IMG/VR virus record: IMGVR_UViG_3300027732_000073 | Coordinates: 1-32,963 of that record | From: a virus | Lineage: Duplodnaviria; Caudoviricetes | Length of the DNA: 32,963 bases | Reading direction: 5' to 3' (one strand) | Part shown: piece after piece, positions 10,001 to 16,770 of the stretch | Layout: every line of letters starts with the position of its first letter | Position numbering within the stretch: position 1 is the first letter of the stretch | Made by a program: the position numbers and the translations under genes | Notes under the pieces: model-generated | What the model was told of the DNA's origin: nothing | The model's database searches: none | The model's input: only the letters and a program-made list of their open reading frames with translations

Positions 10001-12341
10001 GGAAACTGCTGCCAGTTCTGAAGATGGGGTGTCCTGGACCACCAGAAGTAGCACAGTGACCACATTGTCAGTGACTGCCACAGCTGAAGATGATTCAACA
10101 GCATGGGCCACAGGAACACTATCTTCTTCTGCAAACTGGAACGCTGTAGGATACGGTGGCGGCAAATATGTTGCAGTGTCAAGTCTCGCAATAGGTACGG
10201 CATATTCAACCAACGGTGGCACAACTTGGCTTGCTGGAACAATTCCAACAGGCTCAGACGAAGCAGGGGGTGTTGCTTATGGTGGCGGTGTATGGGTGGT
10301 ACCGTATTTAGGAGCCAATGATGTGGCCACTTCAAGTGACGGCATCACATTCACATTCCAGAGTAATGTATTAACTGTTACACGCAATTGGAAGGCTATT
10401 GCTTATGGCAATGGTACATTTGTGATAGTTGGTGACAGTTCATCAGTGACACAGTATTCTACAAACGGTACTGCATGGAGTGCAGGCACATTGCCTAGTA
10501 CAGACGAGTGGACTGCAATTGCCTATGGAAATATCGGGGGCACCAACTACTTTGTGGCAGTTAGTGGCAGCACAGCCAATTCAACAGCAGCCGCAAGCTC
10601 TACAGATAACGGTGCAACTTTCACTGCAAGAACACTACCAACATCAACACGTTGGAGTTCAGTGACATTTGGCAACAGCAGATTTGTGGCAGTGGCTGGA
10701 AATTCAGGGACTACCACAACATCTGCGGCCTACAGCACCAACGGCACTACATGGTCTGCGGCAACATTACCAGGTGCAGCAGCTCGCTGGACCAACGTAA
10801 CATATAACGGCAGTGTGTTTGTTACAACGGCCTATAACAGCAACAGATCAGCTGTATCTGAAGATGGAATTACATGGACAGAAATTACCATGACTACCAC
10901 AGCCAACTGGATAGCCGGTGCAAGTGCTGGAGATTATAACACAGTGGTTGTTGCCACCGGCAGTACCGCAGTCAGAACTCAATTCTATCAGGCCAACACC
11001 AACTATCTAACAGTGTCAAGTACTGCTGATCTATCAGTTAATGATATCTTAAACTTCAGCTCAGGAGCCATAGGTGGCGTATCGTTGAGTGTGAGATATT
11101 TTGTTAAAACAATTGTTGACGCAACAAGATTTAATATCTCTACTAGTCAAGGTGGCAGTGTGTTAACAGTGTCATCTGGCTCAGGCACCATGGCAGGCAC
11201 AGTGGGCAAGTTGTATTCTGCTGTGGCCTACGGCGGCCCCGCAGGCAATGCTGGCTTTGTGGCATTCAGTTCAGGGCGCAGAGCACTCAACATCTACGCA
11301 GGAGCACAGGCTCGAGGTCGAGCTGGATTCGTAGCCGAAGGAATTTTACGAGAAATTTGGATCTACGAACCTGGTTCAAACTACTCCAGTGCGCCAACTA
11401 TGACCATTACTGATCCCAACAACACCGGAGCCGATGCTACTCATCAAGTAAGATTGGGATCTAGTGTGTTGGCACAGCCCAACTACACCAGCCGAGGCAG
11501 TGCTTACACAGCAGCCTCAGCCACAGTGGTAGGAGATGGTTTTGCAGACAACTACCAAGTGGGTGCATTTATTGAAATGAAAAATCTTTCAGACCTGCCA
11601 AAAGGTGGAGAAAATCTACAAATTGTGGGCATTGATGATGTGTTCTATCGAGTGGTCACTGTGCGAAATCTAGTGGGAGTAGGACCATACTCTGCACAGA
11701 TACAGGTCAGCCCCAACTTTGGCAGTTTAGAATCTCCAGAGCATGATACAGCAGTCAGCATGCGACGCAGATACAGTCAAGTGCGATTAACCGGACATGA
11801 CTTCTTGGACATTGGCACAGGCAATCAAGTGGATACCAATTATCCAAACTTGCCAGCTTATGATCCAATTCCCGGCAACGAAACTGTGGAATCCAACGGC
11901 GGTCGTGTGTTCTACACATCAACTGACCAGGACGGTAATTTCCGAGTTGGCGGATTATTCAGTATTGAGCAAAGTACGGGAACTGCCACATTGAACGCAG
12001 ATGCATTCAACTTGGCTGGATTGAACGAATTGAGTTTGGGTGAATTAGCACTGGGCGGCGGCGGAGCAACTATTGAAGAATTTTCAACTGATCCGTTCTT
12101 TACCGCAGATTCGGACACAGTAATACCCACACAGCGAGCCATTAAAGCCTATATTTCAAGTCAAATTGGTGGCGGTGGATCCAGCCTGAATGTCAACAGT
12201 TTGACAGCAGGTGTTATTTTCATAGCAGGACAGGAAATCACAACTACTACTAATGTGCAAATCAACATAAATAGTAAAGTGAACTTTAAAGCAGGTGTTG
12301 ATGGATATGCTGTCGCACTAAACTTATTTTTAAATGCATAA
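4008..12341 (+). CDS. Giant (2777 aa) virion structural protein/tail fibre: N-terminal CBM5/12-like repeats, four helical repeats with C-x-[RN]-D, beta-helix-like region, two beta-propeller repeat blocks
   Basis: Long ORF with a GGAG Shine-Dalgarno and an upstream ATAAATA. It has eight W....Y..[ND]D[ILV][VI].YGG..[YF].C...H-type repeats and a LTTVGDLVY...RLPLG...VL.V..G.P.W fibre motif, and is collinear with the upstream paralogue over the shared core. Confidence 0.85.
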   Translation: MAEFKLGRIRFVWKSDWVVGTTYYKDDIINYGGKTFLCVVGHTAAADFYTDLDVIPSKWNQFTDGQEWKGEWQALNLYKENDLVKYGGFVYICTNGHTSATVGSGLEADLDVNDSSLSKWELFAEGFEWRSDWSLGIYYRKNDIVKYGATNYVCNQPHQSAATEALGLEDDLDKWDLLSEGFAWNGDWSIGLRYKINDVVKYGGQSYVCNQGHTSAATAALGLENDQSKWDYFHQGVDYKGVWTQPTRYKVNDLVKYGGGVWRCNTHHTSSTNFNTGYFEQFVEGVEFEGVYTPGTVYQHGDIVRYGGFSYISTTVNSNVLPTDISNWDLFATSFKFEGDWSSVTLYLPGQVIRHGGYTYTSILSGTNQSPDTATTYWSRLNSGLRWRNEWTNSTSYLLGDIVKFNSSSFVCVLAHTSDDDDSTLTPTTNSPEKDTTGIYWNLITSGLEDSVLTTVGDLVYYGPAGPARLPLGPEGAVLAVENGLPAWKFWGEISKVVYVGTHGEDQPYPLYGTSIDRPYASVRYATEQIEQGLYFADAKYLLNQNRTFIQKEITEWVVYQIANSIAPFAGFVNDSQALCERDIGLIVDAFIYDLTHTGNSKTIAATRSYFTALGVIEAFIGDEEEQLVASINYAVSLIDKILSNLAPAANYQTLNGIGAGSRIKQIIDFNVTAETGSLANITSLAVILTNALTTNSLASLPNVETPGFTINVKTGQYYEVLPILVPANTAVVGDELRSTRMSPAGKITGNNDKAKSVQTLQRLQAITSDVIQNVAVTVTAGNTEVQNTTGQLAGSVGSATAVASIAANIIEIKDIISNGLGAVDAFTFGTPTNWGTSLTNTAYASTGNVTGATSTYDNAKAQINVNTAFIKAEITAWIAVQVAGNIAPFTTSFTYDAAACARDVGYILDAARYDITYGGNTQTRIAADAYYSYGEATFGSGEKAATLAAFARLKIVVGQVIVETAVSVSAGNALTQDVSGTAGNTSSKNFAEERVQEIINTITADGVLPTLISPATSWVSTALVTARTALNTFRSTIQTDSVTYIKREFPTLNFNETTCSRDVGYIVDALGYDLMFGSNFASIKAGMAYRRGTSSALLVVANQLAATLGIIDFIGHKSRLIAATGAATAADQLWTYLINYVDTGTKPITVGTNSPTTDLSVINGARILELNKAFLVAEADAYIAATFQATVSAVNAGTDTFTCGSQTWMTAGDTVRFTGTVFGGVAVNTTYYIIAAGLTATTFRISTSLGGTAVDLSAGTGSMTVNWFYGNASCNNDVRNYIDAITYDLIYTGNYRSVLAARYYRNAYTGSKLEDMFYVRNGGGLRNATITGLDGTSDGNTAGAGDADGLTVANEFGTQRPLAGSYVSLDPGWGPNDTRVWVTNKSTYVQNITTFGTACVGQKIDGSLHSGGNDSIVSNDFTQVLSDGIGAWITNLGRAELVSVFSYYAHIAYLAENGGKIRATNGNNSYGKFGSVSEGVDITETPLTAQINNQGNEASIRNIITDGSQLLAIGYLNAGQNYNTATYTISGAGSGATISSIETRNLGVHSVRLTDPGDSTGPGGVNYVTASNVAQAGNTTQITLAAADNALNGAYAGMHIFIISGTGAGQYGYINTYNNGSKVATVYKDSTGTAGWNHVISGTAIAASLDLTTNYEITPRIAFTSPGYSKTVRSLTARAYTDAVYGNGYGSYTALAATGGAGSSATFDIVRVNGVYTAVINNPGFAYVAGNTLTILGTAVGGAAPANNITLTVVVADDDGSGNILSVSVSGAAISNAFVALASGTATAEYSTNGITWSAVSMPAVADWVSVAYGNVSNIGRYVALAQGGSTAAYSPDGVNWTSSSLGEGGDWIDIAYGNNKFVAVSQSDSSTSTRAVSSDGGVTWSVGSFATGATAITFGNNRFVVVEGNFSNAAAYSTDGVTWTTATLPANVDGSTESNWQDVTFGNGRFVAIADSAPGAAYSFNGATWFTATLPSNQDWRKITYGSGVFVALSHGETAASSEDGVSWTTRSSTVTTLSVTATAEDDSTAWATGTLSSSANWNAVGYGGGKYVAVSSLAIGTAYSTNGGTTWLAGTIPTGSDEAGGVAYGGGVWVVPYLGANDVATSSDGITFTFQSNVLTVTRNWKAIAYGNGTFVIVGDSSSVTQYSTNGTAWSAGTLPSTDEWTAIAYGNIGGTNYFVAVSGSTANSTAAASSTDNGATFTARTLPTSTRWSSVTFGNSRFVAVAGNSGTTTTSAAYSTNGTTWSAATLPGAAARWTNVTYNGSVFVTTAYNSNRSAVSEDGITWTEITMTTTANWIAGASAGDYNTVVVATGSTAVRTQFYQANTNYLTVSSTADLSVNDILNFSSGAIGGVSLSVRYFVKTIVDATRFNISTSQGGSVLTVSSGSGTMAGTVGKLYSAVAYGGPAGNAGFVAFSSGRRALNIYAGAQARGRAGFVAEGILREIWIYEPGSNYSSAPTMTITDPNNTGADATHQVRLGSSVLAQPNYTSRGSAYTAASATVVGDGFADNYQVGAFIEMKNLSDLPKGGENLQIVGIDDVFYRVVTVRNLVGVGPYSAQIQVSPNFGSLESPEHDTAVSMRRRYSQVRLTGHDFLDIGTGNQVDTNYPNLPAYDPIPGNETVESNGGRVFYTSTDQDGNFRVGGLFSIEQSTGTATLNADAFNLAGLNELSLGELALGGGGATIEEFSTDPFFTADSDTVIPTQRAIKAYISSQIGGGGSSLNVNSLTAGVIFIAGQEITTTTNVQININSKVNFKAGVDGYAVALNLFLNA
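4038..5340 (+). repeat. Eight tandem ~45-58 aa aromatic-rich protein repeats resembling CBM5/12 (ChtBD3-like) modules
   Basis: Units start FVWKSDW, QEWKGEW, FEWRSDW, FAWNGDW, VDYKGVW, VEFEGVY, FKFEGDW and LRWRNEW. Six of the eight keep C-x3-H. Confidence 0.75.
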
Positions 12342-12354
12342 CGGAGAAATTTAA

Positions 12355-12678
12355 ATGGCTACAGGAAGATTGGGAATAGCAAATTTATCAGCAGGTGGCA
12401 GCGGCACCAGCGTTTACACCGTTCCACCCGGATATTTTGCTGTGGTAAGTGTAAACATCTGCAACAGATCCAACGTTGCGATTGCAGTAAGAATTGCCGC
12501 AGCTAGTTTGGATACGCCGGCGGACAGTGAGTATCTAGAATACGACACAGAAATTGGCGGTCGAGGAGTTCTAGAACGCACAGGTATCATTGTGGGTGCA
12601 GGACAAAAAATTGTTGTGAGATCAAGCGCAGCCAATGTGAGTGCAGTGGTGTTTGGCATTGAAACATCTACGACATAA
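12355..12678 (+). CDS. Small virion structural protein (107 aa, predicted beta-sandwich)
   Basis: GGAG Shine-Dalgarno, tightly packed after the giant gene, beta-rich sequence (VYTVP...VVSVNICN...VVFGIE) of a type often seen next to phage fibre genes. Confidence 0.7.
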   Translation: MATGRLGIANLSAGGSGTSVYTVPPGYFAVVSVNICNRSNVAIAVRIAAASLDTPADSEYLEYDTEIGGRGVLERTGIIVGAGQKIVVRSSAANVSAVVFGIETSTT

Positions 12679-12681
12679 ATA
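12675..12681 (+). promoter_or_regulatory. Putative late promoter (ATAAATA) overlapping the upstream stop codon
   Basis: ATAAATA lies about 20 nt upstream of the ATG at 12701 and is followed by a GAGGA Shine-Dalgarno. Confidence 0.6.
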
Positions 12682-12700
12682 CATATAAGAGGAATATAAA

Positions 12701-13024
12701 ATGGGAAGATATATCACAACCACAGGTACTGCGCAAAACGTTACACGAACTGTAGGCTCCAGCTACAGTGCTTTGGTCAACGATCGCATCATTTGCACCA
12801 CAGGTGGATTCACAATCACTTTACCGGCTACCGGAGGTTTGATTGAAAATGACACCATACAAGTGATCGATGCCACAGGTGTTGCTGGTTCAAGCAACAT
12901 CACATTGGCTAGAAACAGTGCAAAAATTCAAAACTTGAATGAAGATTTAACAATCAACGTAAACAACGCCTGCGTCACACTAGTGTGGACTGGTGCTACA
13001 TACGGTTGGTTAATTACAAGATAA
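12701..13024 (+). CDS. Small tail-fibre-like protein (107 aa), single stand-alone fibre-type domain
   Basis: The motif DRIICTTGGFTITLPA...DTIQVIDATG...NITLARN...I....EDLTIN.....VTLVW.G..YGW resembles the repeat domain of T4-like proximal tail fibres. Good Shine-Dalgarno. Confidence 0.65.
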   Translation: MGRYITTTGTAQNVTRTVGSSYSALVNDRIICTTGGFTITLPATGGLIENDTIQVIDATGVAGSSNITLARNSAKIQNLNEDLTINVNNACVTLVWTGATYGWLITR

Positions 13025-13033
13025 GAGACCTCC

Positions 13034-13798
13034 ATGGCAGACCTAAGACAATTTTTGGTAAACGATGCTGCTTCAGTGCAACAGACCAACAGAGAACTCC
13101 AACTGGCAATTTATAACACCAACACACCAGGTGTGACTAATGGTGGCTCCTGCTGTCTATGGACTGTGCCTGCAGGTATAAGTTGGGCTGTGTTTGAAAT
13201 TTGGGGCGGTGGTGGTGATGGCGGCGGCGCATGTTGCTGCATGGGTCACTACTACGGACCAGAAAGCGGTTCATACTCCAAACGCAGAATGGCAGTCATA
13301 GCAGGACAAAGTTTTTGCATCTGTGCAGGCGGCTCAGGCTGTTGCTCGCAACCTTGTTGCGGAACATGCGGATTCCCTAGTTGGGTAAGATGTCAAAGCG
13401 ACGGCACTGTGGCTGCTTGTTCAGCAGGCGGTTGTGGCGGTTGCGTACTGTGTTTTAGATCCTACCACGGCTGTACTGGCATTTGCTTTGGCATGTGCAA
13501 GATGGGCTGCGATGTTGGAACCAGTGATTTCACCCAGCCAAAGATCATGAGCCAACCAAAGGTATCAAATTTTTGCTGGCAACATATGTTTGAGTTCAAG
13601 TCAGGACCAACTAAGTACAAATCAAATCTATTACTAGGTATGGAGCACTGCTCTACATCACTGACCATCTCTGGATGTTCACCATTTGGTCCACCTGCAT
13701 GGCCAGGTGGACCTGGAAACAGCGCGACAGCCTGCGGCGGCGGCTGCTGTTGGGGCGGATGGGGTGCTGGTGGTCTAGTAGTAGTTAATTACGGATAA
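13034..13798 (+). CDS. Cys/Gly-rich putative tail adhesin, paralogue 1 (254 aa; 27 Cys by my count)
   Basis: Glycine-rich domain signature WTVPAG.....FEIWGGGG.GG ... GG.G..G.V.V.Y, with CC/CCC clusters. Adjacent to fibre and chaperone genes. Confidence 0.7.
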   Translation: MADLRQFLVNDAASVQQTNRELQLAIYNTNTPGVTNGGSCCLWTVPAGISWAVFEIWGGGGDGGGACCCMGHYYGPESGSYSKRRMAVIAGQSFCICAGGSGCCSQPCCGTCGFPSWVRCQSDGTVAACSAGGCGGCVLCFRSYHGCTGICFGMCKMGCDVGTSDFTQPKIMSQPKVSNFCWQHMFEFKSGPTKYKSNLLLGMEHCSTSLTISGCSPFGPPAWPGGPGNSATACGGGCCWGGWGAGGLVVVNYG

Positions 13799-13812
13799 TA
13801 GGAAAAAATAAA

Positions 13813-14475
13813 ATGGCAGAAAATACACCAATTGTAAAAACATTTACATATGATATTGCTGATGCATACCTTCATCAAACAAACAGTTTGAAAAGAACAG
13901 CACAGTGGACCTACAAAGGTCCGAGGTACTTATGGACCTTTGTAGACATGTCTACTAACAAAATTATGAGTAGATTTCACTACACTGAAAAAGATAACGG
14001 TGCAGATGTTCCGACTCCTCCAGATCAAATTAAAGTTATGGTCGATGCTGCGGTACTTCCAGAAATTGCCAGCTGTATTCACAACGAAATCAACTATGGT
14101 GATTTGGCTCAAACTACAGAAACATTGCCAGACGGCAGCACCTATGGTCATTCAAATCCTATTCCTCCTGATCATACCTACGAATTAACTGAAATACAAT
14201 ATAATTCTACAACCGGTCAATTTATAAAACCATACCCGTGGAAAAAAGCACATATGGATTGGGCAACTCTTAAATCTTCTAGAGATGCCATGTTGCTGGC
14301 CTCTGATAAAAAGATAGTAATATCCACCGACGATGCTGAAAAAGCAGAGTGGGAAACATATAGACAAAAATTAAGAGATTTACCTAGAATTTTTGCAGGC
14401 ATAGATCCTTGGAAAGTTCCATTCCCAGTAGAACCTGGTTCAAACCTTGTCCCAACACAACAATCAGCGGAGTAA
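13813..14475 (+). CDS. Tail fibre assembly chaperone-like protein, paralogue 1 (C-terminal Phage_tail_APC-like motif)
   Basis: The C-terminal RDAMLLASD...W..YRQKLRDLP....P..V.FP..P is the characteristic tail-assembly-chaperone motif. AGGA Shine-Dalgarno. Confidence 0.75.
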   Translation: MAENTPIVKTFTYDIADAYLHQTNSLKRTAQWTYKGPRYLWTFVDMSTNKIMSRFHYTEKDNGADVPTPPDQIKVMVDAAVLPEIASCIHNEINYGDLAQTTETLPDGSTYGHSNPIPPDHTYELTEIQYNSTTGQFIKPYPWKKAHMDWATLKSSRDAMLLASDKKIVISTDDAEKAEWETYRQKLRDLPRIFAGIDPWKVPFPVEPGSNLVPTQQSAE

Positions 14476-14479
14476 TTAA

Positions 14480-15244
14480 ATGTCAACGTTAACTTCGTTA
14501 TTTCCGGATACAAATACACTGACTATTACTCAGCCTGTAACAGGCGTATTTAATCAGTTGTATGTTCGAAATACCAACTATGACTCAGTGACCAATGGTG
14601 GCTTCTGCTGCCTATGGACTGTGCCGGCAGGCACTACCTGGGCTCGATTTGAAGTATGGGGTGGCGGTGGCGATGGCGGCGGCGCATGTTGCTGTCAACA
14701 CCCTTCAATGGGTGGTGGATCCGGTAGCTATTCTAGAAAAACAACTAGAGTAATACCAGGTGACTCATATAGATTATGTGCAGGTGGTTCAGGATGCTGC
14801 TCTCAAACATGCCGAGGTACCAACGGATTTCCTAGCTATGTTATTAATTCTGGAGCAAGTACATATCCAATTGACCAATGCGCCAGCGGTGGGTATGGAG
14901 GCGAAAGCGGTTGCTTTTATGCCATATCTAGCTGTTATCATTGCGGTACAGTAATTTGCGGATGCACTAAAGGTGCTGATTTTAGTCTTTGCGGACTCTC
15001 AGGTTCAGCTCACGCTTCATGGTGCGGATTTGACTCTTGGCAATATGTACCACAAGGAACCTACTCCGGTGGCGGTGTAAGAACAGGCTCAACACATTGC
15101 GGCGAATTCTGGATGGGCTGTGCAATTATGGGCAACGGAAACATATTCCCAGGTGGTGGTGGTGGTACAGCCATATCGTATAGTGGCGGATGCTGTTGGG
15201 GTGGTTGGGGAGCCGGCGGACAAGTATTGGTCACTTACAAATAA
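14480..15244 (+). CDS. Cys/Gly-rich putative tail adhesin, paralogue 2 (254 aa; 21 Cys by my count)
   Basis: Shares TNGG.CCLWTVPAG, WGGGGDGGGACCC, CAGGSGCCSQ and GGCCWGGWGAGG with paralogue 1. GGAG Shine-Dalgarno. Confidence 0.7.
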   Translation: MSTLTSLFPDTNTLTITQPVTGVFNQLYVRNTNYDSVTNGGFCCLWTVPAGTTWARFEVWGGGGDGGGACCCQHPSMGGGSGSYSRKTTRVIPGDSYRLCAGGSGCCSQTCRGTNGFPSYVINSGASTYPIDQCASGGYGGESGCFYAISSCYHCGTVICGCTKGADFSLCGLSGSAHASWCGFDSWQYVPQGTYSGGGVRTGSTHCGEFWMGCAIMGNGNIFPGGGGGTAISYSGGCCWGGWGAGGQVLVTYK

Positions 15245-15258
15245 GGAATCGAAATTAA

Positions 15259-16011
15259 ATGGCAACTCTAAGAGCATTAACTGGATCAATTACTGCTAGT
15301 GCGGCAACTAATTACCCCACAGAAGTTTTGATTTATAATACCAGCATAGACACACCCAACAACGGCGGCAGATGCTGCCTATTCACCGTACCTAGTAATA
15401 CCAAATATATTAAATTTGAAATGTGGGGTAGTGGTGGTGGTGGTGGAGGTGGCTGCTGCTGTCAATTTGGCAACCCAGGCGGCGCAGGTGCATATGTAGT
15501 TAAAACTGTGTGCAGCGCCAACCTTGGCGGATGTACATACACTATTTGCGCAGGCGGAACTACTCCAACATCACCAACCTGTATCGGCTGCGCCGGTAAT
15601 GACAGTTATGTAAATGGATTTAGTCTAAGTAACTTTTGTGCCAAAGGCGGAAACTACGGAGATACTCATTGTTTCTATTCCTTCTGTCACCCTTGCTGTA
15701 TACCTTACACAGAGTGCTGCTTTGGTTTCGGCGGCGACATTTGTGTTCACGGACAGCACAGCACATATCAATCATATAACTGGTGCCAACAGGCATTCCA
15801 ACAGCATGCCATGCTGGCCGCGGCCACAGCATCTGGACCTATGTTTGGCCCAGGCGGTTGTATCAACGGTAGCCCAAATGGCTCATGCACCAACTGGTTT
15901 ACCAAGTCATATTTTCCAGGCGGTGGTGGTATGAGTGTGCATACCACTGGTGGCAACTGCTGGTGCGGTGGTCATGGTGGCGGCGGACTTGTTTCAGTAA
16001 CTTACGGATAA
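15259..16011 (+). CDS. Cys/Gly-rich putative tail adhesin, paralogue 3 (250 aa; 23 Cys by my count)
   Basis: NGGRCCLFTVP, FEMWGSGGGGGGGCCC, FPGGGG and GGHGGGGLVSVTYG. TAAGGA Shine-Dalgarno. Confidence 0.7.
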   Translation: MATLRALTGSITASAATNYPTEVLIYNTSIDTPNNGGRCCLFTVPSNTKYIKFEMWGSGGGGGGGCCCQFGNPGGAGAYVVKTVCSANLGGCTYTICAGGTTPTSPTCIGCAGNDSYVNGFSLSNFCAKGGNYGDTHCFYSFCHPCCIPYTECCFGFGGDICVHGQHSTYQSYNWCQQAFQQHAMLAAATASGPMFGPGGCINGSPNGSCTNWFTKSYFPGGGGMSVHTTGGNCWCGGHGGGGLVSVTYG

Positions 16012-16015
16012 AAAA

Positions 16016-16669
16016 ATGTCAAAAATTCAAAAAACATTTACCTACGAAGCACCAGACGATTATCTACATCAAACTAGAACTCTCAACAAGTTGGGCGTAT
16101 GGACCTATGACGGCCCTGCGGTGATTTGGGTGTTTGTGGACAAGGAAACCAATAAACTAACAGGCAGCTTTAAAACTCCCGACGAAGACGGAGCCACTTA
16201 TCCAACGCCTATTGATCAGATAAAAGTGCAAATTGACTGCAACGTTAATCCTTTATTGCCCTGTTTGGTAGGCGCCGACGAAGTTAGAGATTATAATCTA
16301 CTAGATCAATACGAAGAAACACTGCCAGACGGATCAAAATATATGAGACCGCTGGTTCCGCCACCGGATCATACCTACGAAATGACTGAAATTGTGTACA
16401 ATCCTATTACAGGTACATTTAACACACCATATCCGTGGAAAAAGCCACACGTATCATGGGCAGATCTGCGCGAATGGCGCAACAGAAATTTGAAATTATC
16501 TGATACCAAAGTTCTTGATGACATGCCTGCTGCTGTCAAAGCACGGTGGGAAGAACATCGTCAAAAGCTGAGAGATATTCCACAGACGTATGGTGCCGCT
16601 CCAGGCGGCACTCCGCCAATAGATCCGTGGAAAGTACAACCAATAACAGCGCCCGACGGCACTGATTAA
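16016..16669 (+). CDS. Tail fibre assembly chaperone-like protein, paralogue 2
   Basis: RNRNLKLSD...WEEHRQKLRDIP motif. Full-length paralogue of 13813..14475 (KTFTY, YLHQT, WTY.GP, ETLPDGS, PPDHTYE, PYPWKK, IDPWKV). Confidence 0.75.
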   Translation: MSKIQKTFTYEAPDDYLHQTRTLNKLGVWTYDGPAVIWVFVDKETNKLTGSFKTPDEDGATYPTPIDQIKVQIDCNVNPLLPCLVGADEVRDYNLLDQYEETLPDGSKYMRPLVPPPDHTYEMTEIVYNPITGTFNTPYPWKKPHVSWADLREWRNRNLKLSDTKVLDDMPAAVKARWEEHRQKLRDIPQTYGAAPGGTPPIDPWKVQPITAPDGTD

Positions 16670-16697
16670 AAAAAAGGAGCATTGCTCCTTTTTTTTT
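16668..16697. terminator. Bidirectional rho-independent terminator
   Basis: A8-GGAGC-att-GCTCC-T9, a perfect inverted repeat starting in the stop codon of the second chaperone gene. Confidence 0.85.
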
Positions 16698-16770
16698 GAG
16701 TTCAGAAATATTGCTCTCTTCTTGAAAAGATGCTAAATTATATAGTATCAAACACAATTAGGGATTACAC

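Noticed and set aside
15427-15460. GGT trinucleotide runs as contingency microsatellites
   Set aside because: They are short, interrupted, in-frame glycine codons explained by the polyglycine motif.
13034-16011. Diversity-generating retroelement acting on the adhesin paralogues
   Set aside because: No reverse transcriptase is present in the window, no ~100-bp template/variable repeat pair was seen, and the differences are not adenine-specific.
13034-16011. Cys-rich proteins as RiPP precursors, metallothioneins or eukaryotic keratin-associated proteins
   Set aside because: The 250-aa length, the glycine-rich fibre domain signature and the linkage to tail chaperones fit phage adhesins better.
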